Origin: Actinomycetota bacterium
GTDB taxonomy: Bacteria; Actinomycetota; Actinomycetes; Nanopelagicales; Nanopelagicaceae
Direction: 5' to 3'
Length of the DNA stretch: 40,660 nucleotides
NCBI GenBank assembly: GCA_005793655.1
Contig: SXRC01000025.1
Location: forward strand, 1-40,660
This document shows positions 9,725 through 18,595 of this stretch, in pieces. Every line of letters starts with the position of its first letter. Within the stretch, counting starts at the first letter, position 1. A program made the position numbers and the translations under genes. A model generated the notes under the pieces. That model was not told the origin of the DNA, did no database searches, and worked only from the letters and a program-made list of their open reading frames with translations.

Positions 9725-10116
9725 ATAACTGCCACCCCTTCTATTTCAAGGAGTGCTTGTGTGTCCCAGAGCTTGGTTACTCCCACCAAAGTCATTGCAG
9801 GATAATTTTTACCAATTAATGCTTGCCAAATTTTTCCAATTTCCTTTGAATTAGCCCGATAATCAACTGGGTCGACTGAATAAATATTAAGCTTTACCAA
9901 ATTCTCTGGCGTCCCACCAGCCTCTCTCAGTGCTATAATTAGATTGGTTAAAACCCGCTCAAATTGTTCAACAATTGTGACTCCTTCAATGACACCATTT
10001 TTATTTAAAGCGGTCTGCCCTGATAGGTAGATGAGTTTGCCACCATCAATAACCATGGCATGGGAGAAGCCAACTGGTTTTGTAAGTCCTTCAGGATTTA
10101 TTTTTTTAATACTCAC
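9721..10116 (-). CDS. Rid (YjgF/YER057c/UK114) family protein of the type found in abm clusters
   Basis: PVGFSHA, LSGQTA, YPAMTLVGV, LLEIEGVA. Lacks the RidA catalytic Arg. Confidence 0.88.
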   Translation of the reverse strand: MSIKKINPEGLTKPVGFSHAMVIDGGKLIYLSGQTALNKNGVIEGVTIVEQFERVLTNLIIALREAGGTPENLVKLNIYSVDPVDYRANSKEIGKIWQALIGKNYPAMTLVGVTKLWDTQALLEIEGVAVI

Positions 10117-10117
10117 T

Positions 10118-10867
10118 TCAATCTCCTTTTACGATTTGAGCCAAGCCATTTTTTTCTGGCTGGTCGATAAATGAAATAGCCACCTGAGCTACCTCTTGTG
10201 GAGTTAATAGTCTGCCGCCAGGAAGTTTTGCCAAGAGCAGACTCTTTACCTCATCAAAATCTTTACCAGTTCTAGATGCTGCTGCTTGCAAGGAACGCTG
10301 CGTCATTGGAGTATCAACATAACTTGGACAAACTGCGTTAACTGTGATTCCATACTTTTCCAATTCTGCCGCAGCGGATCTGACTAAGCCAATTACACCA
10401 TGCTTTGCCGCAGTGTATGCGCTCACATTTGGCTCTCCTTCTACTCCTGCTGTACTCGCAATTACAATGATTCTGCCAAACTTGGCGGCCTTCATTAGAG
10501 GAACTGTCGCTCTGATGTATTGAAATGGCGCAGTTAAATTCAAAGCAATTGAGTTTTCCCAAATCTCATTTGTAGTCTTCTCAATAGGAGCTGCAGCCCC
10601 ATCACCAGCATTTATAATTAAAACATCAAGTCCACCCCAGTTGGCATTAATTTCTTTGATAGTTGATTCGCCGCTGTCTGGATCCGTGGAATCAGCAACA
10701 ATTGTCAGAGTTTTATTTGAGCGCCCGGCCACAACAGCTTTTAAATCGATTAAATTTCTGGCTGTAATCGCAACGCTATGGCCTGCATCTAAAAGCTGGA
10801 TTGCAATCTCGCGTCCAATACCCCGACTGGCGCCAGTAATGAGAATTCTGAGCGGCGAAGTTCTCAT
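10118..10867 (-). CDS. SDR, similar to the 3-hydroxyacyl-CoA dehydrogenase-like SDR of anthraniloyl-CoA clusters
   Basis: TGASRGIG, NAG, YTAAKHG, VNAVCPSYVDTPM. Start ATG 10867 with SD GGAG. Confidence 0.85.
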   Translation of the reverse strand: MRTSPLRILITGASRGIGREIAIQLLDAGHSVAITARNLIDLKAVVAGRSNKTLTIVADSTDPDSGESTIKEINANWGGLDVLIINAGDGAAAPIEKTTNEIWENSIALNLTAPFQYIRATVPLMKAAKFGRIIVIASTAGVEGEPNVSAYTAAKHGVIGLVRSAAAELEKYGITVNAVCPSYVDTPMTQRSLQAAASRTGKDFDEVKSLLLAKLPGGRLLTPQEVAQVAISFIDQPEKNGLAQIVKGD

Positions 10868-10942
10868 AAATTCTCCGTTCAAATAATAAATCAATACTCA
10901 AATAGGTGAATAAAAATCTCTTAGTAAGCAATAATACGACAT

Positions 10943-12124
10943 ATGAACCAGCGGGAGGTAATTATCGCAGAAGCGGTTCGTACTCCTTTTGGTCGCTACT
11001 TTGGTGGCCTTTCAAAGGTTAGGCCTGATGATCTTCTTGGATTTACCCTTTCGGCGCTGGCAAAAAAAATTCCTCAATTTAATTTAAATCAATTAGATGA
11101 TGTTGTCATTGGTGACTCAAATGGAGCCGGTGAAGATAATAGAAATGTTGCAAGGATGGGATTACTGCTTGCCCAATTTCCACCAACAATTCCAGGTGTA
11201 ACTGTTAATCGATTATGCGGTTCTGGCGCAGAGGCAGTAATACAGGCATCACGTGCCATTAGAAGTGGGGATAGTGATTTTGTAATTGCTGGAGGGGTTG
11301 AATCAATGAGTCGTGCGCCATGGATTGTTGAGCGGCAAAGTAAAGAGCTGCCGACTGATCCCACTTTTCACCAGTCAACTGTTGGATGGCGGTTAACCAA
11401 TCCTTTATTTCCAACTCAATGGACTCAAAGTTTGGGACGTTGTGCTGAAAATGTTGCTGAACGATTTAATATCTCAAGGCAGGCTCAAGATGAGTGGGCT
11501 CTGCGATCTCACCAATTAGCCAGTGTTGCATGGTTAAAAGGTTTTCATACTGGTTTTGCTACTGAGTTTAATCAGATCCAAATTGATGAATCAATCAGGG
11601 TGGCAAGTTCTATCCAAAAACTTGCTGAACTCCCCTCAGCTTTTTCTGACAATGGTGCTGGGACTGCAGGAAACTCATCTCCAATAAATGATGGAAGTGT
11701 GGCGATGTTAATTACGGATCGTCTTGGCTTAGAAAAGCTAGATATCACTGGAATTGGTCGAATAATTGGCTCACAGGTAGTCGCAACAAACCCAGATGAG
11801 TTTACGCTTGCACCGATTTTTGCAATTCATAAGGCACTAGCTAAAACTGGCAAAAAAATTGTAGAGATTAAAGTTTGGGAAATTAATGAGGCATTTGCCT
11901 CGATGGTTTTGTCAGTTCTTCACGAGATTCCAGAGATCGATGTGAATCGAGTGAACATTAATGGTGGAGCAATCGCAATGGGTCATCCCATTGGCGCCTC
12001 TGCCGCCCGAGTTATTGTTGATTGTGCCCGAGAACTTAAGCGTCAAGGCGGAGGTATTGGAGTTGCAGCTGCCTGTATTGGTGTGGGTCTTGGTGTTGCC
12101 ATCATAATAGAGGTTGAAGAGTAA
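10943..12124 (+). CDS. Thiolase (acetyl-CoA C-acyltransferase, PcaF/PaaJ-like)
   Basis: GEDNRNVARM, NRLCGSG, GGVESMSRAP, EINEAFA, GHPIGAS, CIGVGLG. Confidence 0.93.
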   Translation: MNQREVIIAEAVRTPFGRYFGGLSKVRPDDLLGFTLSALAKKIPQFNLNQLDDVVIGDSNGAGEDNRNVARMGLLLAQFPPTIPGVTVNRLCGSGAEAVIQASRAIRSGDSDFVIAGGVESMSRAPWIVERQSKELPTDPTFHQSTVGWRLTNPLFPTQWTQSLGRCAENVAERFNISRQAQDEWALRSHQLASVAWLKGFHTGFATEFNQIQIDESIRVASSIQKLAELPSAFSDNGAGTAGNSSPINDGSVAMLITDRLGLEKLDITGIGRIIGSQVVATNPDEFTLAPIFAIHKALAKTGKKIVEIKVWEINEAFASMVLSVLHEIPEIDVNRVNINGGAIAMGHPIGASAARVIVDCARELKRQGGGIGVAAACIGVGLGVAIIIEVEE

Positions 12125-12133
12125 ACTAATCTG

Positions 12134-12937
12134 ATGATAGAAATCAAAGATTTTACTGACATCAAATATGACATTGATGCAGGTGTAGCGATAATTACAA
12201 TCAATCGACCAGATAGATACAACGCGCTTCGAGGTCGAACAGTTGATGAGCTTTTATCCGCTTTTAAATTTGCTTGGGTGAATAAACAAATTGGTGCCTT
12301 GATTTTAACTGGTACTGGAGAAAAAGCCTTTTGTACCGGAGGAGATCAAAAAGAGCGTGCTCTTACGGGTAATTATGGTGAGAATGAGACAGGAATGTTT
12401 GAAATTGAGGCACTACACAAAGTAATTCGAGCAATTCCAAAACCAGTTATTGCAGCGGTGAACGGCTTTGCGATTGGCGGTGGCCATGTATTACATGTGC
12501 TTTGTGATCTTTCAATCGCATCTAGCACTGCAAAGTTTGGTCAAGTTGGCCCAAGAGTTGGATCATTTGATGCTGGCTTTGGCACTGCTTATCTGGCCCG
12601 AGTTGTTGGTGAAAAACGAGCTCGAGAGATTTGGTTTCTATGTGAACAATACGATGCTCAAACTGCAGAGCGTTGGGGTTTAGTAAACAAAGTTGTTGAA
12701 CCAAAGGATCTACTTCCTGCAGCTATGGAGTGGGCAAAAAAAGTTGTCGCACTATCACCAACTGCCATTAAGACTCTGAAGCACTCATTCAACGCGGATA
12801 CTGATCACATTGTGGGAATTCAATCCTTGGCATTTGATGTATTAGATCTTTATACAAAAACTGGTGAGGCGCAAGAAGGTGGTGCTGCTTTTAATGAGAA
12901 GCGAGCACCAGATTATTCAAAGTTTCAAGATAGTTAG
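12134..12937 (+). CDS. Crotonase-family MenB/BadI-like enzyme, probably a 2-ketocyclohexanecarboxyl-CoA-type ring hydrolase
   Basis: FCTGGDQ, LHKVIRAIPKPVIA, GQVGPRVGSFDAG, LARVVGEKRAREIW. No other men genes nearby; co-oriented with the thiolase. Confidence 0.75.
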   Translation: MIEIKDFTDIKYDIDAGVAIITINRPDRYNALRGRTVDELLSAFKFAWVNKQIGALILTGTGEKAFCTGGDQKERALTGNYGENETGMFEIEALHKVIRAIPKPVIAAVNGFAIGGGHVLHVLCDLSIASSTAKFGQVGPRVGSFDAGFGTAYLARVVGEKRAREIWFLCEQYDAQTAERWGLVNKVVEPKDLLPAAMEWAKKVVALSPTAIKTLKHSFNADTDHIVGIQSLAFDVLDLYTKTGEAQEGGAAFNEKRAPDYSKFQDS

Positions 12938-13644
12938 TTTTCACCCTCTTCTGCAATTGCGTAATTAGTAATCGCAGTACGTGCATCCCATAGTTCTGGA
13001 AAGAAAGTAAAATTATTTAGTTTCGATAATATTTCAACTGGTGTTCCTTGAGTTCCTGAAACTTTTAATCCAATACTTCTCTCAACCACTTTAAAATGTC
13101 TATGTCGCCAGAGATACATTCGCTCATCTAGTTCAATTAGTGACTCTGCCAGGAGGTAAAGATCTTCAAACTCAGTATGGCGAATAAATAATTGAATTAA
13201 ATCAATTTTTTCGACCCCAAGTAACCGATTAAACTCTACTCCCAGAGGTGGAATAGCTTTACGAATTGAATTCATACCAGGTGAATCAAAGCCTGAGCCA
13301 TGACCAAGTGCCCGGCGAACTTGTTGGTAATCCCATGGTGACATCTGCTCCAACATATCTAATGATTCATGGCAATACTTAATTGCTAAAAGAATTCTGG
13401 GGAAAAGCCGTAGTGCTGATCTAATTTGATTATCTTTCAAATATGCAGCTGCCTGCCCCGCCTCTGCCGAGGCATGCTTTAACCATAACTCTGAAGTTTG
13501 ATGAACAACTGTAAACAAGAGTTCATCTCGGTGCTTCCAAGATTCCTTTACCGGTTGTAATTGAAGCAGCTCACTTAACTTCAGGTATCTTTCATAATCA
13601 CTTTTACCAACACCGTCTAGAATTTGATCTGGACCATAGCTCAT
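12934..13644 (-). CDS. Tryptophan 2,3-dioxygenase family heme protein (divergent)
   Basis: YERYLKLSELLQLQ, DELLFTVVHQTSELWLK, GSGFDS, WRHRHFKVVERSIG, GTQGT, FFPELW. SD AGGAG. Confidence 0.88.
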   Translation of the reverse strand: MSYGPDQILDGVGKSDYERYLKLSELLQLQPVKESWKHRDELLFTVVHQTSELWLKHASAEAGQAAAYLKDNQIRSALRLFPRILLAIKYCHESLDMLEQMSPWDYQQVRRALGHGSGFDSPGMNSIRKAIPPLGVEFNRLLGVEKIDLIQLFIRHTEFEDLYLLAESLIELDERMYLWRHRHFKVVERSIGLKVSGTQGTPVEILSKLNNFTFFPELWDARTAITNYAIAEEGEN

Positions 13645-13681
13645 GCTCGCTTACTCCTAACGTTTAACCGAACCCGTGCCA

Positions 13682-14458
13682 TCAATTTGGCATCATTCTG
13701 CCACCATTAACATCTAGAACAATACCCGTAATATAAGAAGCCTCACTGCTAGCTAGAAATAAAACCGGATCAGCGCATTCTTGTAAACTCGGCATTCGCC
13801 CAAGTGGAATAGCATTGATCACTTCAGCCTGTTCACTTTCAGACATTTCACTAAACATACCCTCCAGTCGATTGGTCAAAAATAAACCAGGCGCAATCGA
13901 ATTTACTCTGATATTAAACTCACCTAATTCCTTTGCTAATCGCCTGGTCAATCCTAGGATTGCTGCTTTTGCAGCGGCGTAGGCAACCCCAGTGACTGGA
14001 CTTGCACTCCTTCCGCCGATAGAGGAAAAGGTAATAATGCAACCACCACCAGATTTTTTCATATAAGGAACCACCGCTTTAGTGCAATTAAAAGTACCCT
14101 TTACGTTGACATCTAGAACTAGATCTAAATCTATTTCAGTTATCTGTTCTAAATCTCTTGGTGTCCCTAATGAGCCACCAGCTGCTGCAACTAAGACATC
14201 AACTCCACCGAGTGATTGGGCAAGCTCTGCAACGGATTGGTCCACCAATTTAGAATCGCGAACATCAACTTGCCGGCCTAATATAACTGACCCAGTTGAT
14301 TTATATTTATCAAGTATGAGATTGATCGCATCAATATTTGAATCTAGGATTCCAACTTTTGCGCCCTTGGTTATAAAGGTAGCGGCGATTACACTCCCAA
14401 GACCGCCTGCTCCTCCTGAGATAAGGACACTTTTGTCCTTAAAGCGTTGCAGTGTCAT
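13682..14458 (-). CDS. SDR family oxidoreductase
   Basis: SGGAGGLG, YAAAK, VNSIAPG, IPLGR. Start moved to ATG 14458, 7 nt after TAATGT (leaderless). Confidence 0.88.
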   Translation of the reverse strand: MTLQRFKDKSVLISGGAGGLGSVIAATFITKGAKVGILDSNIDAINLILDKYKSTGSVILGRQVDVRDSKLVDQSVAELAQSLGGVDVLVAAAGGSLGTPRDLEQITEIDLDLVLDVNVKGTFNCTKAVVPYMKKSGGGCIITFSSIGGRSASPVTGVAYAAAKAAILGLTRRLAKELGEFNIRVNSIAPGLFLTNRLEGMFSEMSESEQAEVINAIPLGRMPSLQECADPVLFLASSEASYITGIVLDVNGGRMMPN

Positions 14459-14600
14459 GTACCTAACATTAACTGCCACATGGATTTATTCCAATCTACT
14501 CATGGCGGGGTAGCAAAAAATATATCGCTAGCCTAGTATTCTCGTAGTAGCTTGAGTGCAGCGTAGCAATAAATCATAAGTGAGAGGCCCACACAGGCGT

Positions 14601-16997
14601 ATGAAGATTGTTTGTATTGGCGGTGGCGCTGCTGGTCTGTATTTTTCAATTTTGATGAAAAAACAAGATCCTCTTCATGAAATTACGGTGATTGAACGTA
14701 ATCGCCCTTATGACACTTTTGGTTGGGGAGTAGTTTTTTCTGATGCCACCCTCTCAAATTTTGTAAAAGCGGATGAGCACACAGCCCGCACTATTTTGCA
14801 ATCCTTCAACCATTGGGATGATATTGATGTTCGAATCAAAGGAAAGAGCATGATCTCGGGTGGTCATGGTTTTTGTGGAATTGGCAGAAAGCGCTTGCTA
14901 AACATCTTACAAGAGCGAGCAGAAGCACTTGGTGTCAATTTAGTTTTTGAAACAGATGTTAAAGATGATCAAGAAATTGCCGTTCAGTACGATGCCGATT
15001 TGGTGATCGCCTCAGATGGTTTAAATTCAGCAATCCGAACAAAATATTCAGCCACTTATAAGCCTGATATCGATACTCGCGTATGTCGCTTTGTTTGGCT
15101 GGGGACAAAAAAAGTGTTTAAAGATTTTACATTTTCCTTTATTGAGACAAAATTTGGTTGGTTTCAAGCACATATCTATCAGTTTGATGGCGATACCTCA
15201 ACATTCATAATAGAGACTCCTGAGGATGTTTGGCAACGTTCAGGTCTACAAGATATGAGTCAAGAAGAGGCGATCGCATTTTGTGAAGATTTGTTTGCAA
15301 AAGATTTAGAAGGTGCCAAACTAATGAGTAATTCAGCGCACTTAAGGGGCTCTGCAAATTGGATCAAATTCCCTCGAGTTATTTGTGAGAATTGGACGCA
15401 ATGGAACAATATCAACGGCAAGGATGTGCCAGTTGTACTCATGGGCGATTCGGCTCATACCGCGCACTTTTCAATTGGCTCTGGCACCAAACTTGCCATG
15501 GAAGATGCCATTGATTTCGCTGGATTCTTAAAGGAGCTAGGGGATCGAAGCATGCAGGATATTTTGGCTGACTACCAAGAGGTTCGAGGGGTAGAAGTAA
15601 TAAAGATTCAAAACGCTGCGAGAAATGCTATGGAGTGGTTTGAAAATGCTGGGCAATACACTGGGATGGAGCCTGAGCAGTTTAACTACTCACTTCTAAC
15701 CAGAAGTCAAAGAATTACCCATGAAAATTTGAAGTTACGTGATGCCAATTATGTTGCTGAGTATGAGAAGTGGTTTGCAACAAAAGCATTTGCCGATGCG
15801 GGTTTGCCCCTGCCAAAATCGGGAGCTCAGATTCCACCGATGTTTACCCCATATAAAGTTCGTGATCTAGTCTTACAAAATAGAATTGTGGTCTCACCGA
15901 TGGCGCAATATTCAGCTGTTGATGGTCTGCCATCTGATTACCACCTCGTTCATCTTGGTGCGCGGGCAATGGGTGGCGCGGCGCTAGTGATGACTGAAAT
16001 GACTTGCACCTCAGCAGATGCTCGAATTACCCCAGGATGTCCTGGGATTTATACGCCAGAGCAATTAAATGGATGGAAGCGAATTGTTGATTTTGTCCAC
16101 ACTAGTACTCAGGCGAAAATTGGAATTCAAATTGGTCATGCTGGTGGAAAGTCTTCGACTCGTCTGGCTTGGGAAGGTATAGATCAGCCGCTGAAAAAAG
16201 GAAATTGGCCGATCATCTCCGCCTCAGCAACACAATATCTTGAAGGTGTCTCACAAACTGCTCGTGAAATGACACGTGAAGATATGGATAGAGTTAAATC
16301 AGATTTCATTGCCGCCACTAAAGCAGCTGAAGAAGCAGGTTTTGATTGGCTAGAGTTACATGCCGCACACGGCTATCTACTCTCTTCATTCATCTCACCT
16401 TTAACAAATTTGCGCACAGATGAGTACGGCGGTTCATTAGAAAATAGGATCAAATACCCAATTGAAGTATTCAAAGCTATTCGTGCAGTTTGGCCGGCAG
16501 GTAAACCAATAAGTGTAAGAATCTCGGCTCATGACTGGACAGTTGGTGGAACTACTCCGGATGATGCTGTTGAAATTGCCCGGGCATTTAAAAATGCTGG
16601 GGCTGACATAATCGATTGCTCATCAGGTCAAGTTAGCAAGAAAGAAAAACCTATCTTTGGTCGTACATTTCAAACTCCGTTCGCAGATCGGATAAAGAAT
16701 CAGGTCGGTATTGCCACAATTGCAGTAGGTGCAATATTTGATGCTGATAGCGCCAATACAATTATTGCTGCTGGGCGAGCTGATCTATGTGCAGTAGCAC
16801 GGCCACACCTTGCAAATCCAGCCTGGATTTTAAATGAAGCTGCCAAGAGTGGCTACACAAACATGCCTTGGCCAAAACAATATGTAGCAGCAAAAATCCA
16901 ACTAGAACGTAATTTAGAGAAAGAAAAGCAACAGGCGGCGGTGGCAAAAAACTCTATGACCTTTGAGCAGATTACGCAGAACTTTAATACGCTTTAA
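14601..16997 (+). CDS. abmA: 2-aminobenzoyl-CoA (anthraniloyl-CoA) monooxygenase/reductase (salicylyl-CoA 5-hydroxylase family)
   Basis: N-terminal FAD monooxygenase (GGGAAG, DTFGWGVVFSD, GDSAHTAHFSIGSGTKLA) fused to an OYE-type domain (SPMAQYSA, HAAHGYL, RTDEYGGS). Start ATG 14601. Confidence 0.92.
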   Translation: MKIVCIGGGAAGLYFSILMKKQDPLHEITVIERNRPYDTFGWGVVFSDATLSNFVKADEHTARTILQSFNHWDDIDVRIKGKSMISGGHGFCGIGRKRLLNILQERAEALGVNLVFETDVKDDQEIAVQYDADLVIASDGLNSAIRTKYSATYKPDIDTRVCRFVWLGTKKVFKDFTFSFIETKFGWFQAHIYQFDGDTSTFIIETPEDVWQRSGLQDMSQEEAIAFCEDLFAKDLEGAKLMSNSAHLRGSANWIKFPRVICENWTQWNNINGKDVPVVLMGDSAHTAHFSIGSGTKLAMEDAIDFAGFLKELGDRSMQDILADYQEVRGVEVIKIQNAARNAMEWFENAGQYTGMEPEQFNYSLLTRSQRITHENLKLRDANYVAEYEKWFATKAFADAGLPLPKSGAQIPPMFTPYKVRDLVLQNRIVVSPMAQYSAVDGLPSDYHLVHLGARAMGGAALVMTEMTCTSADARITPGCPGIYTPEQLNGWKRIVDFVHTSTQAKIGIQIGHAGGKSSTRLAWEGIDQPLKKGNWPIISASATQYLEGVSQTAREMTREDMDRVKSDFIAATKAAEEAGFDWLELHAAHGYLLSSFISPLTNLRTDEYGGSLENRIKYPIEVFKAIRAVWPAGKPISVRISAHDWTVGGTTPDDAVEIARAFKNAGADIIDCSSGQVSKKEKPIFGRTFQTPFADRIKNQVGIATIAVGAIFDADSANTIIAAGRADLCAVARPHLANPAWILNEAAKSGYTNMPWPKQYVAAKIQLERNLEKEKQQAAVAKNSMTFEQITQNFNTL

Positions 16998-18595
16998 ACA
17001 ACAAGCAGCTCGCGCAGCTTACTTCCATCCTCATCAGCAAGAGCAGCGATCCGAAGTTCTTTAATTCTTAACGCTGCATTGGCATTATTTGCAACCTTAT
17101 CTGCCTCATCCATAATTGATGTGAAATTACGCCAGCCATTTCGATGGGTATCACCATATCCTTTGATTACATTTGCACACTCGGCTACTTCGCAAGCTAA
17201 GTCATAATTCATTGGTGTGAATTTTTTTATTCTGCCCAGCCAAATTTCAATGCGCTCTTGTTCTAAGTTAAAACGTAATGAGCGAGGGCGGATTGGTTTG
17301 AGCCGAGATAATGTGTAAAGAAGTAGGTATCCACCGATAGAGGCAGTATTCAGAATCATGCCATTTTGGGTAATTTTTTCAATAATTTTTGTAACAGGTT
17401 TTGTTCGCAAGATCCATTTGCCGATAGGAGTAGGCAGCGTATCTGCAATCTCCTCTGACATAGGATGTAAATACTCCCGCACCTCCATAATTTGTTCATC
17501 ATTTATCCGAGCCTCTTTACTCACTCGATTGAATCTACTGCCCCGTGTTTTTAAATCTGCAACCCTGATTGTGTCCTCATATGTCATCCACAGTGCGGTA
17601 TATCTAGCAGTTTCATTAAGTAAGCGAGCAGTCCCATTTCCATGATCACTCTCTAATTGAATCAAATCATGTACTCGGGTTAAGTACTGGCGGGCATATT
17701 TAATACTCTGATAATCCGCCGTTCTTTTTATTCCATTTACAGCCATTACTCGAACTGACTCAGGAAAATCACGTTTTATTTCGTCCGCTAATTCTTTGAG
17801 TTTACTTCCCACTGCAGAGGATGGATCAGCAATTATTTTTAGTTGATCTGCTGGGGAAATCTCACCTGGAGTAATAGGACGAGCGCTAATCTCAATTGGT
17901 ATACCTGAGGTTTTTGCCCTGCCTTGATTTTTAACAATCGTTTCAGCAATCTCAAAACTTTTATCAAAAGCAGCAACTGAAGTTTTAACTCCAACGCCTC
18001 CTCGTTCAATTGCCTCAATAAAGTGCTGACGTTCAAAGGGTAATGTGCCACTGCCAGCGATTGCACCGAAAAGTGCAGCTGAAATTACACTTGAGGTATC
18101 TTCTGCGACCTGTGCAAAATCTGCAGCAATTAAATTTTTGGCTGATTCCTTAGCCGACTTTAAAATTGCCTCTGAGTCAACTCGCCCATCACCTGATGCT
18201 GTTCGCTCAGTCATCGAAAAAACACGATTAGTTGATGCAATCAAAGTCGTTACATCGGCAGTTACAAAACCTCTACTAATTGCTCTACCTGCCTCCATTA
18301 ATTCTGAGGCTACGACAATATCTACTTCACCCGGTGTTGCCATGGTGCTTAAAATTGGTTCATGAACACCTAGTTTACCTTGGCCATCATCTGGATAAAA
18401 CTCAAGGTAATACACAGTTGTTCCGGTTCGTTGCGCTACACCTGGTACCGAAGTTGTTTGAGCGAAATAACCATTTTGCTCTGCCATATCAATTGCCCAA
18501 TCAGCCAAAACACCGCCGCCTTCACCGCCCATGGCAAGAAGTGCCAATGTGATTGGACGATTTTGTGGTGACTTTAAATTAGGCTTCAATTCCAA
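16994..18595 (-). CDS. iorB: Indolepyruvate:ferredoxin oxidoreductase beta-type subunit (long form)
   Basis: AMGGEGGGVL, TSVPGVAQRTG, ASELMEAGRA, LWMTYEDTIRVA, IKGYGDTH. Confidence 0.88.
   Translation of the reverse strand: MELKPNLKSPQNRPITLALLAMGGEGGGVLADWAIDMAEQNGYFAQTTSVPGVAQRTGTTVYYLEFYPDDGQGKLGVHEPILSTMATPGEVDIVVASELMEAGRAISRGFVTADVTTLIASTNRVFSMTERTASGDGRVDSEAILKSAKESAKNLIAADFAQVAEDTSSVISAALFGAIAGSGTLPFERQHFIEAIERGGVGVKTSVAAFDKSFEIAETIVKNQGRAKTSGIPIEISARPITPGEISPADQLKIIADPSSAVGSKLKELADEIKRDFPESVRVMAVNGIKRTADYQSIKYARQYLTRVHDLIQLESDHGNGTARLLNETARYTALWMTYEDTIRVADLKTRGSRFNRVSKEARINDEQIMEVREYLHPMSEEIADTLPTPIGKWILRTKPVTKIIEKITQNGMILNTASIGGYLLLYTLSRLKPIRPRSLRFNLEQERIEIWLGRIKKFTPMNYDLACEVAECANVIKGYGDTHRNGWRNFTSIMDEADKVANNANAALRIKELRIAALADEDGSKLRELLVV

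Noticed and set aside
12134-12937. Annotation as menB
   Set aside because: Several BadI-like motifs, the C-terminal MenB Tyr appears substituted, it is paired with a thiolase, and no men genes are nearby. Not fully excluded.
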